Made by a program: the position numbers and the translations under genes. A DNA stretch of 64,000 bases, from the NCBI GenBank assembly GCA_024137785.1, contig JAHRHZ010000021.1, forward strand, positions 25,531,200 to 25,595,199, read 5' to 3'. Source of the DNA: Ginglymostoma cirratum (taxonomy: Eukaryota). The notes under the pieces were generated by a model, which saw nothing but the letters and a program-made list of their open reading frames with translations, made no database searches and was not told the DNA's origin. This document shows positions 51,911 through 64,000 of this stretch, piece by piece. Each line of letters opens with the position of its first letter. Position 1 is the first letter of the stretch.

Positions 51911-53136
51911 GTGACAAAGATATTTGATGAGTGAAGAGCTGTGGATGTAGTTTATATGGACATTAGTAAGACATTTGATAAAGTCCCACAGGGCAGATTG
52001 GTACAAAAACTAAAATCACATGGGATTCGGGCTGGCTAAATGAATACAAAACTGGCTTGGTCATGGAAGACAGAGGGTAGCGGTGGAAGGGTGTTTTTCA
52101 GAATGGAGACCAATAACTAGTGATGTTCCACAGGGATCAGTCTTAGGTCCTCTGTTGTTTGTAGTATATATAAATGATCTGGAGGAAAATATGGGTGGTC
52201 TGATTAGTAAGTTTGCAGATGACATGAAGATTGGTGGAGTTGCTGACAATGCCGATGATTGTGAAAGGATAAAACAGGATATAGATAGATTGCTGACTTG
52301 GGCACAGAAATGACAGACCGAGTTTAATCCAGACAAATGCGAGGTGATGCATTTTGGAGGATCAAATTTAGGTGTGAATTTTACTGTAAATGGCAGAACC
52401 CTTAGGAACATTAACATAAAGACAGATCTGGGTGTGCAGGTCCACAGTTCCCTAAAATTGGCAACACAGGTGGCCAAAGTGATTAAGAAAGCATATGGCA
52501 TGCTTGCCTTCATTGGCCAGGGCATGGAGTACAAGAGTTGGCAAACCATTTTGCAGCTGTATAAAGCCCTTGTTAGGCCGCATTGGGAGTATTGTGTGCA
52601 GTTTTGGTCGCCACACTACCAAAAGGATATGGAAGCTTTGGAGAGAGTGCAGAGAAGGTTTACCAGGATGTTGCCTGGTCTCGAGGGCATTGGCTATGAG
52701 GAAAGGTTAAAAAGCCTAGGATTGTTTTCACTGGAAAGACGGCAGCTGAGAGGAGACCTGACAGAAGTCTACAAAATTATGAGAGGCATAGATAGGGTGG
52801 ATAGTCAGAGGCTTTTTCCCAGGGTTGGAGTTTCAATGACAAGGGGGCACAGGTTCAAGGTGAGAGGGCAAAAGTTTAAGGGAGATATGTGTGGAAAGTT
52901 TTTCACACAGAGAGTGGTAGGAGCCTGGAATGTACTGCCAGAGGAGATAGTAGAAGCAGGCACATCGGCAATATTTAAGAGGCATCTAGATGGTTACACA
53001 AAAAGGGACAGAATAGAGGGATACGGGCAGAATAAGGGCAGAAGTTTTTTTTAGTTTAGTCAGAGCATGATGATCAGCACAGGCTTGGAGGGCCAAAGGG
53101 TCTGTTTCTGCATTATACTGCTCTTTTGTTCTCTTT
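51911..53136 (+). mobile_element. CR1 (HER1-like) LINE, 5'-truncated
   Basis: RT motifs from AVDVVYMDISKTFDKVP to the 3' UTR ending ctgtttctgcattatactgctcttttgttctcttt; possible 7-bp TSD ctcttta. Confidence 0.95.
52083..53054 (+). pseudogene. CR1 ORF2 reverse transcriptase C-terminal half, interrupted by one in-frame stop (52311-52313)
   Basis: SDVPQGSVLGPLLFVVYINDL, KFADD, YKALVRPHWEYCVQFWSP, ERVQRRFTRML and TRGHRFKV; ORFs 52083-52313 and 52344-53054 share a frame. Confidence 0.93.
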
Positions 53137-56100
53137 AATTGGTTTATCTGCAGTTAGTTACAAAGCTTTAAGTTCACAGGCAGCAGAGACATCCAGTGTA
53201 AACTGAAAACATCTGTATCTCCCACTCCCTCCCCAGAAGTGAAGAAGTGAAATTTCAATTCAAGCATTAAAACAAAACAAGAAAGCTCAAAAGATAGAAT
53301 TCTAGCAAGAAAAGATCAAGATCCTCCAAATTGTTAATAAAGTGAGGAGCAATCAGTGTTTTACAGACACTAGCATATCATCATGCTAAAACTCAAAGGA
53401 ATTGTGTGAGGCAATCTAAAAGATAATCTTAAAATCTGGACACTTGATCTTCAGAATTGTACTTACCCCATCTATATCCATTTACTACCATAATATGTGT
53501 CAAACTCTCTGTCCTGCTTCTCATAATTGTTAATGATTATTTCTGAATTTGGGTTTTCAAAGGTTTAAGTTACATAGCAGTAGATTAAAAGTATTTCAAT
53601 GTCTCTGCTATTTTTTAAAGTTAAGCATGTTACAACATGAGAGTGATTTTCTGTTAATAATGAAACCTGGTGTGAATTTTTTGCATCCTGAATAACTGTC
53701 AGTCAGGCAGATTGATCATCCTAACAGCCTAATTGGGATTTTGTGATAGCTTGTGGAACAGTGGGGCATGATTTTTGGCACACTCTTCCCAGATACATCA
53801 TAATAGTATTTAGTTCCACAAAGTGCAGTGATCCTTGTCAAGTTTTTCTGAAGATTCAGGGTCAGCTAAAAATACATAATTTAAGTCTTCAGTGTGTCCT
53901 TGTGCACTTAATTTGGCTGCCATTACAAGACCAGCCAAACTCAGTTGTGATTTTCTCAAAATGGTATGGATATGCAATGCTCAGAGTTGACTTCAATTTT
54001 AATTGTGGACTGGAGAAAATTACAATGATAGACTGAATTGAGAATCTAACCTAAAGGCTTATTAGTCTTGATTAGTTATCAGACCATTTCAAGCACGTGT
54101 ATGTTTTCATGTGCTTATTAGTTTTTAAAAGTTTACCATCCTAATTACAAAAGAACGATACTCAATGAATGCAGTAGATCATAGTCAATTCATTGTGCGA
54201 CACAGCTCGAGATTTCTGGCTGACTGATACATGTCTCTTATTCTGTTTTGTTGACTGAAGTTGTTTTTCTGTCTTCTCTTCTTTTATGTATACTGAACTA
54301 ATGTAGGTTATTGTTTATTCACTCTTGCTAGCCATTGTCCCGGTGCTTGACCAGCAGCATCCTGAATTTTAACTGGCCTCCTAATGCATGAAGAGTATAT
54401 AAAATCAATTTCAAATTGGCTGAGTAGTGAACCGAATTCCTGATTGATTTCATTAAACGTGATGGTCATCTTACTAATATCACTTCCTACTATCTCCTGT
54501 TTTGTTTCTTAAAAAATGAATCACTTGGATCATTGCTTTTAAAGCAGCTTATTCTTCTTAACTTATTAAATTTACTGATTTCCAAAAGATAATGAGGCCC
54601 AATAAGAGTAATTTGTTTGTCTGCTAGACAGTAATTATTAGCATCCAAAATGTCTGAACGAATTGATTGAAATTTTCTGGCAAATGTGAAAGTTATCACT
54701 AATTCTAACTTAAAAGAAACATCAGTGACTATAATAACTGTTGATGCCTTAAAAAAGTTAACTGAAGTCACTTTAAAAGACTACAATGACTGATTTTGTT
54801 CTTCAGAGAGAAATAGTATGCAGATGTATATTAAAATTAAGGTTATAAAGTACAATAGCAAGATACAAAAAATATAAATCTCAAAATTACTGTACAAAAC
54901 TTATATTAAAGGTTTGTTATATTCTTTAAGTTGCAGAACTAATCCATTTTAAAAATTAGCCATGCCCTTGAGTAAAACCTTCTTTTAACCTCAAAGCTTT
55001 TTTACATTTGTAAGCTTGAGTTTGTATTAGCCTTGTCAATAATAACAGTTATTAAATGATCAATGACATCACTTCTGACCATGGTCATCTAGCCTATTCT
55101 TCCTGACAGAAAGTGTTTTATATCCTGCTAGAATTAAACAACCGCATACTTTAATTCCTCATTTGTTTGCTTGTTTCAAAATTATTTGCAAATAGCTGAA
55201 TCCTATAGATGTCTGGCATGTCCGCTTGGGTGAACAGTTTAATATGTGACATTTTGTCCCGCTATCTTATTTTCAGAAACTTCCAAAGGCAGCCCAAGTG
55301 AACATGGTTGAGCTTCTTGAGGTGACCCTGGGACCTCACACGTGTACAGTAATGTGAGCATGACTATTACTCTATAGACTTTCTACTTATTAGACACATT
55401 TACTCTTCATTCTCAAACACCTTTTTGAAATCAAGACGACATTTACTTTGACTATTCTCATATGTGTTTCATGTGCCTTACACATGAACTTCAGGGCTCC
55501 TATGCTGAGTGATTTAGCAGTGTTATCTGCATCTAAATTGGGAGGTTTGCAGTGTAGTCTGACATTTTCCGCAATCTGAAATCTTTACGATTTAAAATAA
55601 AATCTAAAAATTAAACAAAGAAAATCTATAAACTCCAAGTGTCCCTGAATATTTTATTTCAAAGATATTTAAATCTAAATGTCAAGTTTGATATGCCCTG
55701 GAATTTAATTTCAATGTTCTTGCGATGAAAGAATTGGGGCAGTATTTTGTGCAGTCATAATCTGTGGAGGCAATAGGTGATGACTCTCTCATTCCTCCAC
55801 TTTCAATTACAGAATCATCCCTGATGGTCTCCTAAACTTTTCTATGTGATTATACCTTTGGTACCTAGTCTCAATTTCTGACAATACTCAAGTTAATTTT
55901 TACTAAGTGTCCTCGTTCTATTGTAGCTGACACTTATGCAATTAAATGACATATACAACATATACTCATAGGACCATGAACTCCACTGAAATTAAATATA
56001 GCTTCCAGCACCTCATACTGCCATGGTAGTCTTTGCATATTATCTGCCAAATATTTCAAATGTTAAAGGATTATCACCTTCATACAAAGTGCTTTGAAAA

Positions 56101-56189
56101 TCTTTCTTTCACTTACAAATAAACATCAATCTAACCAATTGCATAAATCATGATTATTGAAAATATTTTTAAAAACTCCCAAAGTTTTT

Positions 56190-56690
56190 TTTTTAGTATA
56201 TTTATGGGATGTGGGCATTGCTGGCTAGACCATCATTTCTTGCCCATTCCCAGTTTCCCTTGAAGGTGGTGGTGAGCTGCCTTCTTGAACTGCTGCAGTC
56301 TATGTGTTGTAGGTAGACCCACAATGCTGCTAGAGAGGGATTCCCAAGATTTTCACCCAGTAATAGTGATGGATCAGCAATATATTTCTATGCCAGGATG
56401 GTACGTGGCTTGGAGGGGAACTTGGAGGTGGTGGTGTCCCCATGTTGAGCTGTCCTTGTCCTTCTAGTTGGCAGTAGCTGTAGGTTTGATAGGTGCTGTC
56501 GCAGGATTTTTGATAAATTTCTGCAGTGCCTTTTGTAAATGGTATAAAGTACTGTTGCTGAATGTTGGTGGTGGAAAGAGTCGATGCTCGCAACTGGGAA
56601 TGGGCAATCAAGCAGGTTGTTTTGATGTAGATGGTGTCAAGTTTGTTGACTGTTGTTGGAACTGCGCTTATTCAGTAAAGAGGGGAATTA
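56190..56690 (-). mobile_element. 3' end of the CR1/L2-group LINE
   Basis: atgggatgtgggcattgctggctag..cccttgaaggtggtggtgagctgccttcttgaac is the reverse complement of the family end at 60830-60930. Confidence 0.8.
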
Positions 56691-57059
56691 CTAGTTGGTG
56701 TTTCATGGCAAACATTGACCCTAAACGGCTCGGAAGTATGAAGGATTTATCACTTTCAAGAAACAGAGTCTCCAAATCTCACAATGAAGGTGGTTGATCC
56801 TGAAAAGGATTTGATGTTTTATTAATTTTTCTATGCTTTTGAAAAAACTCAATGCCTATCTTAATGTCCTGCATTTATGTTCACTTTCTGCAAACATTAC
56901 TCATGCCTCCTATCAAATTTAAGTTGGTACCCTTTCGTTCAAAGAAAAGAAAATCATAACAAACCAGCATTTGAAGGTAGTGACTGTAACAAACAAAAGT
57001 GGGGAAAGTTACATGAATGATCAACACTCTGGGCGTACTGTGATTGCAGAAAACAAAAC

Positions 57060-57330
57060 AGTAGCATAGTGGTTATGTTACCAGACCAGTAACCAGCGGC
57101 CCTGAGACACAAGTTCAAATCCCAATGGTGATCATTAAATTACTGGATTGTTGTAAAAATCCATCTGTTTCACTAATGCTGTTTAAAGAATAAAATCTGC
57201 AGTACTTACCTGGTCTGGGAACTCAGCTTTACAGAACATAATTGACTCTAATTGTATTCAAGAAGGTGGCTCACTACTACCCTGACAAGGGTAATGAGGG
57301 ATGAGCAATAAACACACGCCTCAAATGTTT
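57060..57330 (+). mobile_element. tRNA-derived SINE (family of 7934-8273)
   Basis: gtagcatagtggttatgtta..aagttcaaatccc head; tail ttcaagaaggtggctcactactacc..aagggtaatgagggatgagcaataaa. Confidence 0.75.
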
Positions 57331-59345
57331 AGACCACATGAATGAACAGAAAAAAGTCAGTAATGAAGAGGAATGGAACACATAACACAAGATTAGGAAA
57401 GTAACTAGAATAATCAGTGCTCTGTGCATTACATGGCATATTATAAAATAGTGGATCGTCCAACAACAATGGGATATGGGTTATTAATAACTTAAAAGCC
57501 ACACACTTCATGTACGTACCAAATTCACCTGCTGCAACGTGATTTGATTATCATCCAAAATGTATTGATTTGCTCAAAATCTAAAGCAGAACTGAAGAAA
57601 TAGGGAATGTTTAAATCAAAAACAAGTAAAGTGCTTTAAAAGTTTTGCACCTGAATATAATGCTTACTGTCACACTTAACCTTCACAGAACTGTCATGTT
57701 TTTTCTTCCGCTTCCATACGCACACATCTGTCATTACCTGTGTTTAATTATTGTCAAACCATCTATGCCTTCCATAATCCAGCAACCATAGGCGGCACTG
57801 TTACTTTTGCAAATGAGCCTATCTACTAATTCTGAGCATCCTTTGTCACTGCGTAAAGCAGAGGGCTTTTTTTTCAAATATAGTTTAACACCATTATTAA
57901 AGATATAATTTAGATTTTTTTCTCAGTTTATAAAACAGAAGCAGGGAAGAATAACTTTAAAAATTAGATACATATATCTTTTATTTTACTGTCTATGTGC
58001 CATTCTGCCGAAGGCCATTTTCTCCTCTGCAAATACATTCAGTTATAATTCTCTCCGCTGGATCTGGAAAAAAAAATATTAATGCTATCTACATCCTAGC
58101 AACCTAATGCATTTCATAGAAAAATTAAAATTTTATCTGAGTGTAGTGCTACTAAATATTTAGGGAACTTTTAATCAATTTAATTAATCTCCAACATTGG
58201 CCTTTAGCTTATGTGTGGATTTCTTGCATCTATGCCCAAGATGCACATCTGTACAATCATCGGCAATAGTTGCTGAGATCAAAGAAAAAAATAAGAATTG
58301 TGCATCAATTGGATAACCTTTTTAAAAATACTTTCTACATATGCTCAAGTCCTATACATCAGCAGATTGCCAGTACTGTTCTGGACATTGGCTATAAAGG
58401 AATATTTTATATTATTTGGTGTCCACTCAAATTTTTAATTTTCCACTCATCTGCAGGTGTTGGTGACAACATCATGGCAGCTGCAAAATAATATATTTCT
58501 ATTTCACGTTTTCAGCCTGTGTGGGGTTTTAAGGCATGACTGTACTCATGCCACTGGATGCAATGGGATAGATTTTTTTGACTGAGCCGTAGTTTTGTTG
58601 GAATATATATTTCACATTAGCATGATTAAAGTTGTGTGTGAAATTATCTTCTGTATTTTTAAGCAATTTTGTTAACATTTTAATGCGTAAATCCAAGCCT
58701 ACCTGAAAATACATAGCTTTGAGCCTGGCAGGTGAAACAACTTAATGACTGCAACTTTCACGAGCATCGCTAGGTACAGTTTTCAGTGCAGTGCAGCAAC
58801 TAAGTGTGCTATAGAACAACAAATAATATTTAGCAAAATGGAGATCGGGAAAAATTGAGATAAAATAAAACAGCAATGATCTTTTTGAATGACTCAAGAG
58901 CAGGCTCAAGGGGCATAATGACCTACTCCTGCTCCTATTTCTTATGTTTGCATGCTAATAACTCCCAAAATTCATTTATAAGAGTTTTGTCAATTAAACT
59001 GTATTGGAGAAAAATCCTGAATTTGGCCAGTTTTATCTAAACATATAAAGTATAAACACTGTAATTCTTTTAAGATATTTTGAGTTTTTTTTAACATCAT
59101 ACATATTGTCTCAGTGCAGAAGCAAACCAAATGTAATGGTAGAGAGAAAGACAGCCAGCCAAAGAATGAAGCAGGGAGAGGGAGATTCACTCGTAAAAGG
59201 TGGTACTAAAATTTTTAATTTTAACTACCAAGGGGAGGCTGGCTTAAGTGCAGGCAAGGGTTAAATCTCCAAAAAGTGTTATCAGATTGGGAACCTGTCA
59301 TGATCACCTTTTATTTATAAAGTAGTTACCTTTATTTTTCTTTTA

Positions 59346-59668
59346 GGGTGGCAGGGTAGCTCAGTGGTTAGCACGCTGCCTCACAGCACCAGGGACCTGG
59401 GTTCAATTCTACCCTTAGGCAACTGTCTGTGGAGTTTGCATGTTCTCCCCGTGTCTGCGTGGGTTTCCTCCAGGTACTCCAGTTTCCTCCCACAGTCCAA
59501 AGACATGCAGGTTAGGTGGATTGGCCATGTTAAATTGCCCGTAGTGTTCAGGGATGTATAGCTTAGGTGGGTTTAAAGGGGATGGATCTGGGTGGGACAT
59601 TCCAAGGGTTGCTGTGGACTTGTTGGGCCGAAGGGCCTGTTTCCACACTGTAGGGGTTCTATTCTATC
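59346..59668 (+). mobile_element. HE1-type V-SINE
   Basis: A/B boxes (tagctcagtgg, ggttcaattc), V-domain, CR1 tail gggccgaagggcctgtttccacactgtaggggttctattct. Confidence 0.93.
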
Positions 59669-59696
59669 ATGCCCATTTCCTGTCTTAAACTAAGCT

Positions 59697-59795
59697 GTTC
59701 GGAGAAAGGGTCACTCGACCCAAAATGTTAACTCTGATTTCTCTTCACAGATGCTGCCAGATCTGCTGAGCCTATCCAGCAATTTCTATTTTTGT
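59697..59795 (+). mobile_element. Single-arm Penelope terminal-repeat insertion starting at the hammerhead, with 18-bp TSD
   Basis: Perfect direct repeat tgtcttaaactaagctgt at 59681-59698 and 59793-59810; insert gttcggagaaagggtcactcgacccaaaatgttaac... Confidence 0.85.
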
Positions 59796-60282
59796 CTTAA
59801 ACTAAGCTGTATCTGTTGAGTAAGTTACAATAACATAAATTCAAGAAATTAATTTGAAATATATCACATTTTGGTTTCACCAGTCTGTGCACAGGTTTCT
59901 GCAAGCTGTCTGCAATATGCCACAATGTGTAGTGATTGCTCAATGAAACTGACATGTTGCAAAGCCTGAAAGAATGTGGCCAGTCACAGTGAAACGTTTG
60001 AGTTTGCAGGATTAGTTTGAAAAGCCTATAATCACAGCTTTGAGCATCAATTTCAATGTTTTGAAAGTGCCTCCAAGTGCCTTTGAGCATGCATTCCTTG
60101 CTGTCAGCCTACAGTACAGCATTTTATTTATTAGCAATCTAGATCTCTGTAGCATCAACGCAAACAGCAACCACCTTCCATGATGCCATGTGTACACCAC
60201 ATGACAGAGAAAATTGACAGAAAGTTGCAACTTGAAGGAGTGAATGGCCCCAGCGCAGGGTGTACCAGACAGAGTACTTATG

Positions 60283-60456
60283 CTTGTATCAGAGATAAAA
60301 GGTACTGCAGATGCTGGAGAATCCGAGATAACAAGCATGGAGCTGGATGAACACAGCAGGTCAAGCAGCAGGGTTTAGGCCCGAAACGTCAAGTTTTCCT
60401 GCTCCTATGATGCTGCTTGACCTGCTGTGTTCATCCAGCCCCATGCTTGTTATCTC
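60283..60456. mobile_element. Penelope fold-back element with the hairpin tip deleted, TSD-flanked
   Basis: Near-identical to 9224-9886 in the opposite orientation; TSD agagtacttatgct (60271-60284) and agcgtatttatgct (60457-60470). Confidence 0.85.
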
Positions 60457-60539
60457 AGCGTATTTATGCTACTGTGTGATGTTGGTGGAGGAATTGAAGT
60501 ACCTGAAACATCATTTCTTCATTCGTTTTCTCCCTCCAT

Positions 60540-60932
60540 CCATTAACTCCCTCCGCCACTGACACACATGAGCTGCAGTGCGCACCATCAGTGAGGTACA
60601 TTGCAGAAGTTCACTGAGGCTTCTTAGACAGCACCTTCTACACTCACAATGACTACCATCTGGAAGGTCAAGGGCAGGAGGTAAATGAGAATATCATCAT
60701 CTGCAAATTCTCTCCCAAGCCATTCATCACCCAGATTTGAAAATGTATCATTTCTGTGTTTCTGGGTCAAAATCCTGGAAACCCCTCCCTAACATCATTG
60801 TGGATGTTCTTACACATTATGGATAACAATAGTTCAAGAAGGCAGCTCAGTACCACTTTGTCAAAAGCAAATAGGAATGGGCCGTAAGTGCTGGCCCAGC
60901 TAGCAAAGCCCTCCAACCCCTGAATGAATTAT
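60540..60932 (+). mobile_element. 3' end of the CR1/L2-group LINE
   Basis: attaactccctccgccac..ctgggtcaaaatcctggaaacccctccctaac (GSKSW..LP) ..ttcaagaaggcagctca..tgaatgaatt. Confidence 0.8.
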
Positions 60933-61674
60933 TAAAACATCTCTATTCCTGGTCAAGTTCAAACTAAAAGTTACCAACTTACCTTTGGTTGTAGTCTTGG
61001 GTAAAATGCCAAGCCAGAAGCCTATCCCAGTTGAAGTAAAGTAGATGGCTCCAAGAATCCTCACAGCCAGCAATGGAGAGGATTAGTGCTGAACCATGCC
61101 CTGCTTTTCAGCAGTAAGTGCCATATCTGTATTTTAAATGCCCTTCATCTACTTTGATGGCTAATAAGAGAAGATAAAGGTTATGCGAGAGGGTTGGGTA
61201 GCAAGCGGGTGTGCGATAGAGAGAGAAGATGATGCCAGCAGTAATGAATGGGTTTCATGTTTGTGAAGCATCGGGGTCTGTTGAGTCCAGGGGAATTGGT
61301 GGGAGTTGAAGGAAGGAGTCAGGTCTCTTGGGTTCAGTGGTGGCAAGGGAAGGGGTCATGGGTCAGATCAGTTGGTATCCGGTCTGGGAGGTTTGCTGAT
61401 GGGATTGGGAGTGGGATATCTGCAGGGTCAATGGGGAATCAGGGTCAATTGGGAAATGGTGTCTGATCTAGGTGAGTCGGGGGAGCGTCAAGGGAAGGGT
61501 TTCAGTCTGGGACGAATGAGTGGGTGTTCATTGAAGCTTGGGGATATCAGTTTTACCATTACCTAGGAGTTAAAGCAGATTTTAATCCCTCTAAGCTTTC
61601 CTCGCTAATTATTCAAGTAAGTGAGTCAGAAGCCTTCAAAATCCCTGGCACTAAATCAGAGTTGGCGACGTTTT

Positions 61675-62482
61675 TGAAATTGACCGGACATTTGTGACCA
61701 TTAAAGTCCTGTTGCTGGAGCATTCACTAACTCCTGATGCTGGATAATTGTCCATCAGATGTTTTATCTTCCTGCACAATTCCCATGAAGTCCGCTGAAC
61801 TGGGATTTCTCTGTGGCTCCAATAAGCAAATTCTGTCCTCGATGTTGCAACAATTATCTTCCTATTGGAAAATCTGATCCGAATTTTCTGCATGGCGCAA
61901 GGGAATCTGGCACCTGAGGTTCTAATGTCTGGCACTGTCACTAAGAATTGGGGCTACCAAATCATAAATGGGTAGGAGCAGTGGCCACATCAACTAAGGC
62001 AGCTTCCTGATAAGTATGGATGCTAAGCGGCTGGTTAGAAAACGGGAGGTGTCAGAAGGAGATACCTACAGAACTGAAGGCACCATCAGAGGATCAGCTT
62101 CCTGCAAAATATCGGAGCAGCCGTGCCACTGAATATTTTGCTCATGGAGGCAGCTGGTGGCTGAAGGATGACCTTACGCCACAAGGTTTGGGGAGACATC
62201 CAATGCCAGTACCTGGCAGTGATCCTGAACTATCCAACATCAGGCTGGGGCTGACCAGCTGACCTATGTTGTTGTTCAGAATCAGTGAAGCCGCATCTGC
62301 TTATCTCGATTTGGTAACTGACTTCATTTCCCCCAGCACAGGAGCGGCCTGTCAGGCTCAGAGGGTCATTGGTTTTGTCTCAAGGCAGGTTTCCCACAGA
62401 TGAAAATGGGGGCAGGGGGTGAAATTGACTGGACAGCTGTGACTATCAAAGTCCTGTGGCTGGAGCATTCACTAACTCCTGA
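61675..62482 (+). repeat. 63-bp direct repeat pair (61675-61737 and 62420-62482), 57/63 identical
   Basis: TGAAATTGAC(C/T)GGACA..TGTGAC.AT.AAAGTCCTGT.GCTGGAGCATTCACTAACTCCTGA at both sites. Confidence 0.9.
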
Positions 62483-62622
62483 AATGTTCAGCTGGTGACT
62501 GACCATTCACATTGTTGGATTTGCTTTTAGCTGCTTTCAAGGTTTTCCCAGAAGCTGTCATCTTGGGCATTCACAGGCAATTGCAACTGTTCATTCCACC
62601 ACACGACCTCCATCTGTCACAG

Positions 62623-63015
62623 CAGCTGGATAAAGGTTACCCAGTAAATTCATAGCTGCTGACCCCAGTGAAAAACCTCACCACGGAGGCACAGGAGCAG
62701 TACCATCGCAACACACCTGCCATCATTGAACAGGGTATCAGTCTCCTGATACGGTTTCAGTGCCTAGACCCCAGCATGCTCTGTCAAGAGTTTCCAATAC
62801 TGCTGTGATCTGTTGCACTCCACAGAACATGGATGTGTTGAGAGGGGTGAACCTGGAGGTTGTCCTTGGAGAGGTGCATGTCCCCTTTTCAGAGGATGTC
62901 AATTTCAATAAGAACCAACAGGAGATATGACAAGGCAATTCAAAGCTTACATCAAATGGTGACACATTGACCAGGAAGACAGGGAATGCCCTGATCCAAG
63001 ACATTGATTCCAGAT
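62623..63015 (+). pseudogene. PIF/Harbinger DDE transposase C-terminal remnant
   Basis: LDKGYPVNS*LLTPVKNLTTEAQEQYHRNTPAIIEQGISLLIRFQCLD / (frameshift) SRVSNTAVICCTPQNM; matches the HARBI1-family pattern GD.GYP..WL.TP..Q..YN....IE..IG.LK.RFRCL..CC.LHN. Confidence 0.85.
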
Positions 63016-64000
63016 AATGACAGATTCTCCAATGGAAACATCTAATCTGGATAGTTTGTAGATAGTGGTTGCTCTCTGGAGTTCAAGAGCAGGTCCATTC
63101 ATCTTGTACCTTCACTTTTTTGATGGAGTCTTCTGTGAGAGACTATTTTATTTTCAGATCTTACCCACAACCCAATACCAAGTGATAAGATCTCAATTCC
63201 AACAACAAAAGTGAGTTTTTGCTCACAGCCCTTTTACCCACAGTGGTGTGAGCAAAAACTTTAGAACACGCCTCCAGGTGAAACACAGCGTGATGTTAGC
63301 GCTGCTTCTCTGCCCTTCTGTATGAACTTCCACATGTGACTTTCCCTGTGGTTGGAGGGTAGGGTGTCCCAGTGGCTGAGCTACACATAGTGCCCCGCTC
63401 TAATGTCAGTGTGTGTGTGAGACAAGCACCACAACAGGCTGCACCAGCCGCATTTGTGCTGGGTCAGTGTCAGTCACGGCTAAGTGAGGTCGATGGAATG
63501 TCAGAGGGGTGAAGGGGGCAGCATAAGAGCATGGGCTCCCTTCGGTGATATCACTATCTGCATCATTTCTTCCTGCCTTGGTCATTTCAGCTACATTTAG
63601 CAAGGCTGCTAGTATACCTGACTGGACATGAGTGCAACCATCACTATGACAGACCAGTCAATGTTGCAGAATACATCACACTATCAGCACGCATCACACT
63701 ATCTGTTCTCGTCAGTTTGCTGCTTCCGACACTTAAGCTGGACCACACTTTCACTGGAGAACCTAATGTACTTTAGTGCTTGGAACACCAGTGCTCATGT
63801 CATAAATGGACTCCTCCACTTTCATTGCAATGGTCTGCAATGCTTCAGGAAACTCTTGACAGATTCTCACATATCTCACACTGATGCCCCCCTAGCACTT
63901 CCTCTGTGCATACCCTGACCCCACGGCTCAACATCTCCAACTGGGTAAGCACAGCCGGAGATGCCCTCATCCTCTGGTAGGCCTGCCCACATCGACCACT

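Noticed and set aside
52061-52549. 162-aa minus-strand ORF
   Set aside because: Antisense shadow of the CR1 RT frame
60983-61080. Minus-strand strong donor (AAG|gtaagt) with a hydrophobic open frame
   Set aside because: In-frame stop upstream, no good acceptor, and the sequence appears repeat-derived

Overview
This is eukaryotic, AT-rich, CpG-depleted non-coding DNA. The repeat content points to a shark, probably a carpet shark (inference): HE1-type V-SINEs, Deu-domain SINEs, CR1/HER1, L2-group and RTE LINEs, Penelope-like elements, Gypsy/LTR remnants and PIF/Harbinger remnants. No host protein-coding exon could be identified, so the window looks like a large intron or gene desert; the only long recognisable ORFs are decayed transposon ORFs. 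The most notable system is a set of Penelope-like element (PLE) derivatives: a GIY-YIG endonuclease 3' remnant plus short fold-back or single-arm insertions with long target-site duplications. Their turning point or start lies at a minimal type I hammerhead-ribozyme motif, whose core is intact in the copy flanking the 400-N gap. Between repeats there are several CpG-retaining, motif-dense blocks that look like conserved enhancers, one with a perfect RFX X-box and two sharing a 22-bp motif. Repeat family names come from recognition of motifs and remembered consensus sequences, not database searches, and many boundaries are approximate.
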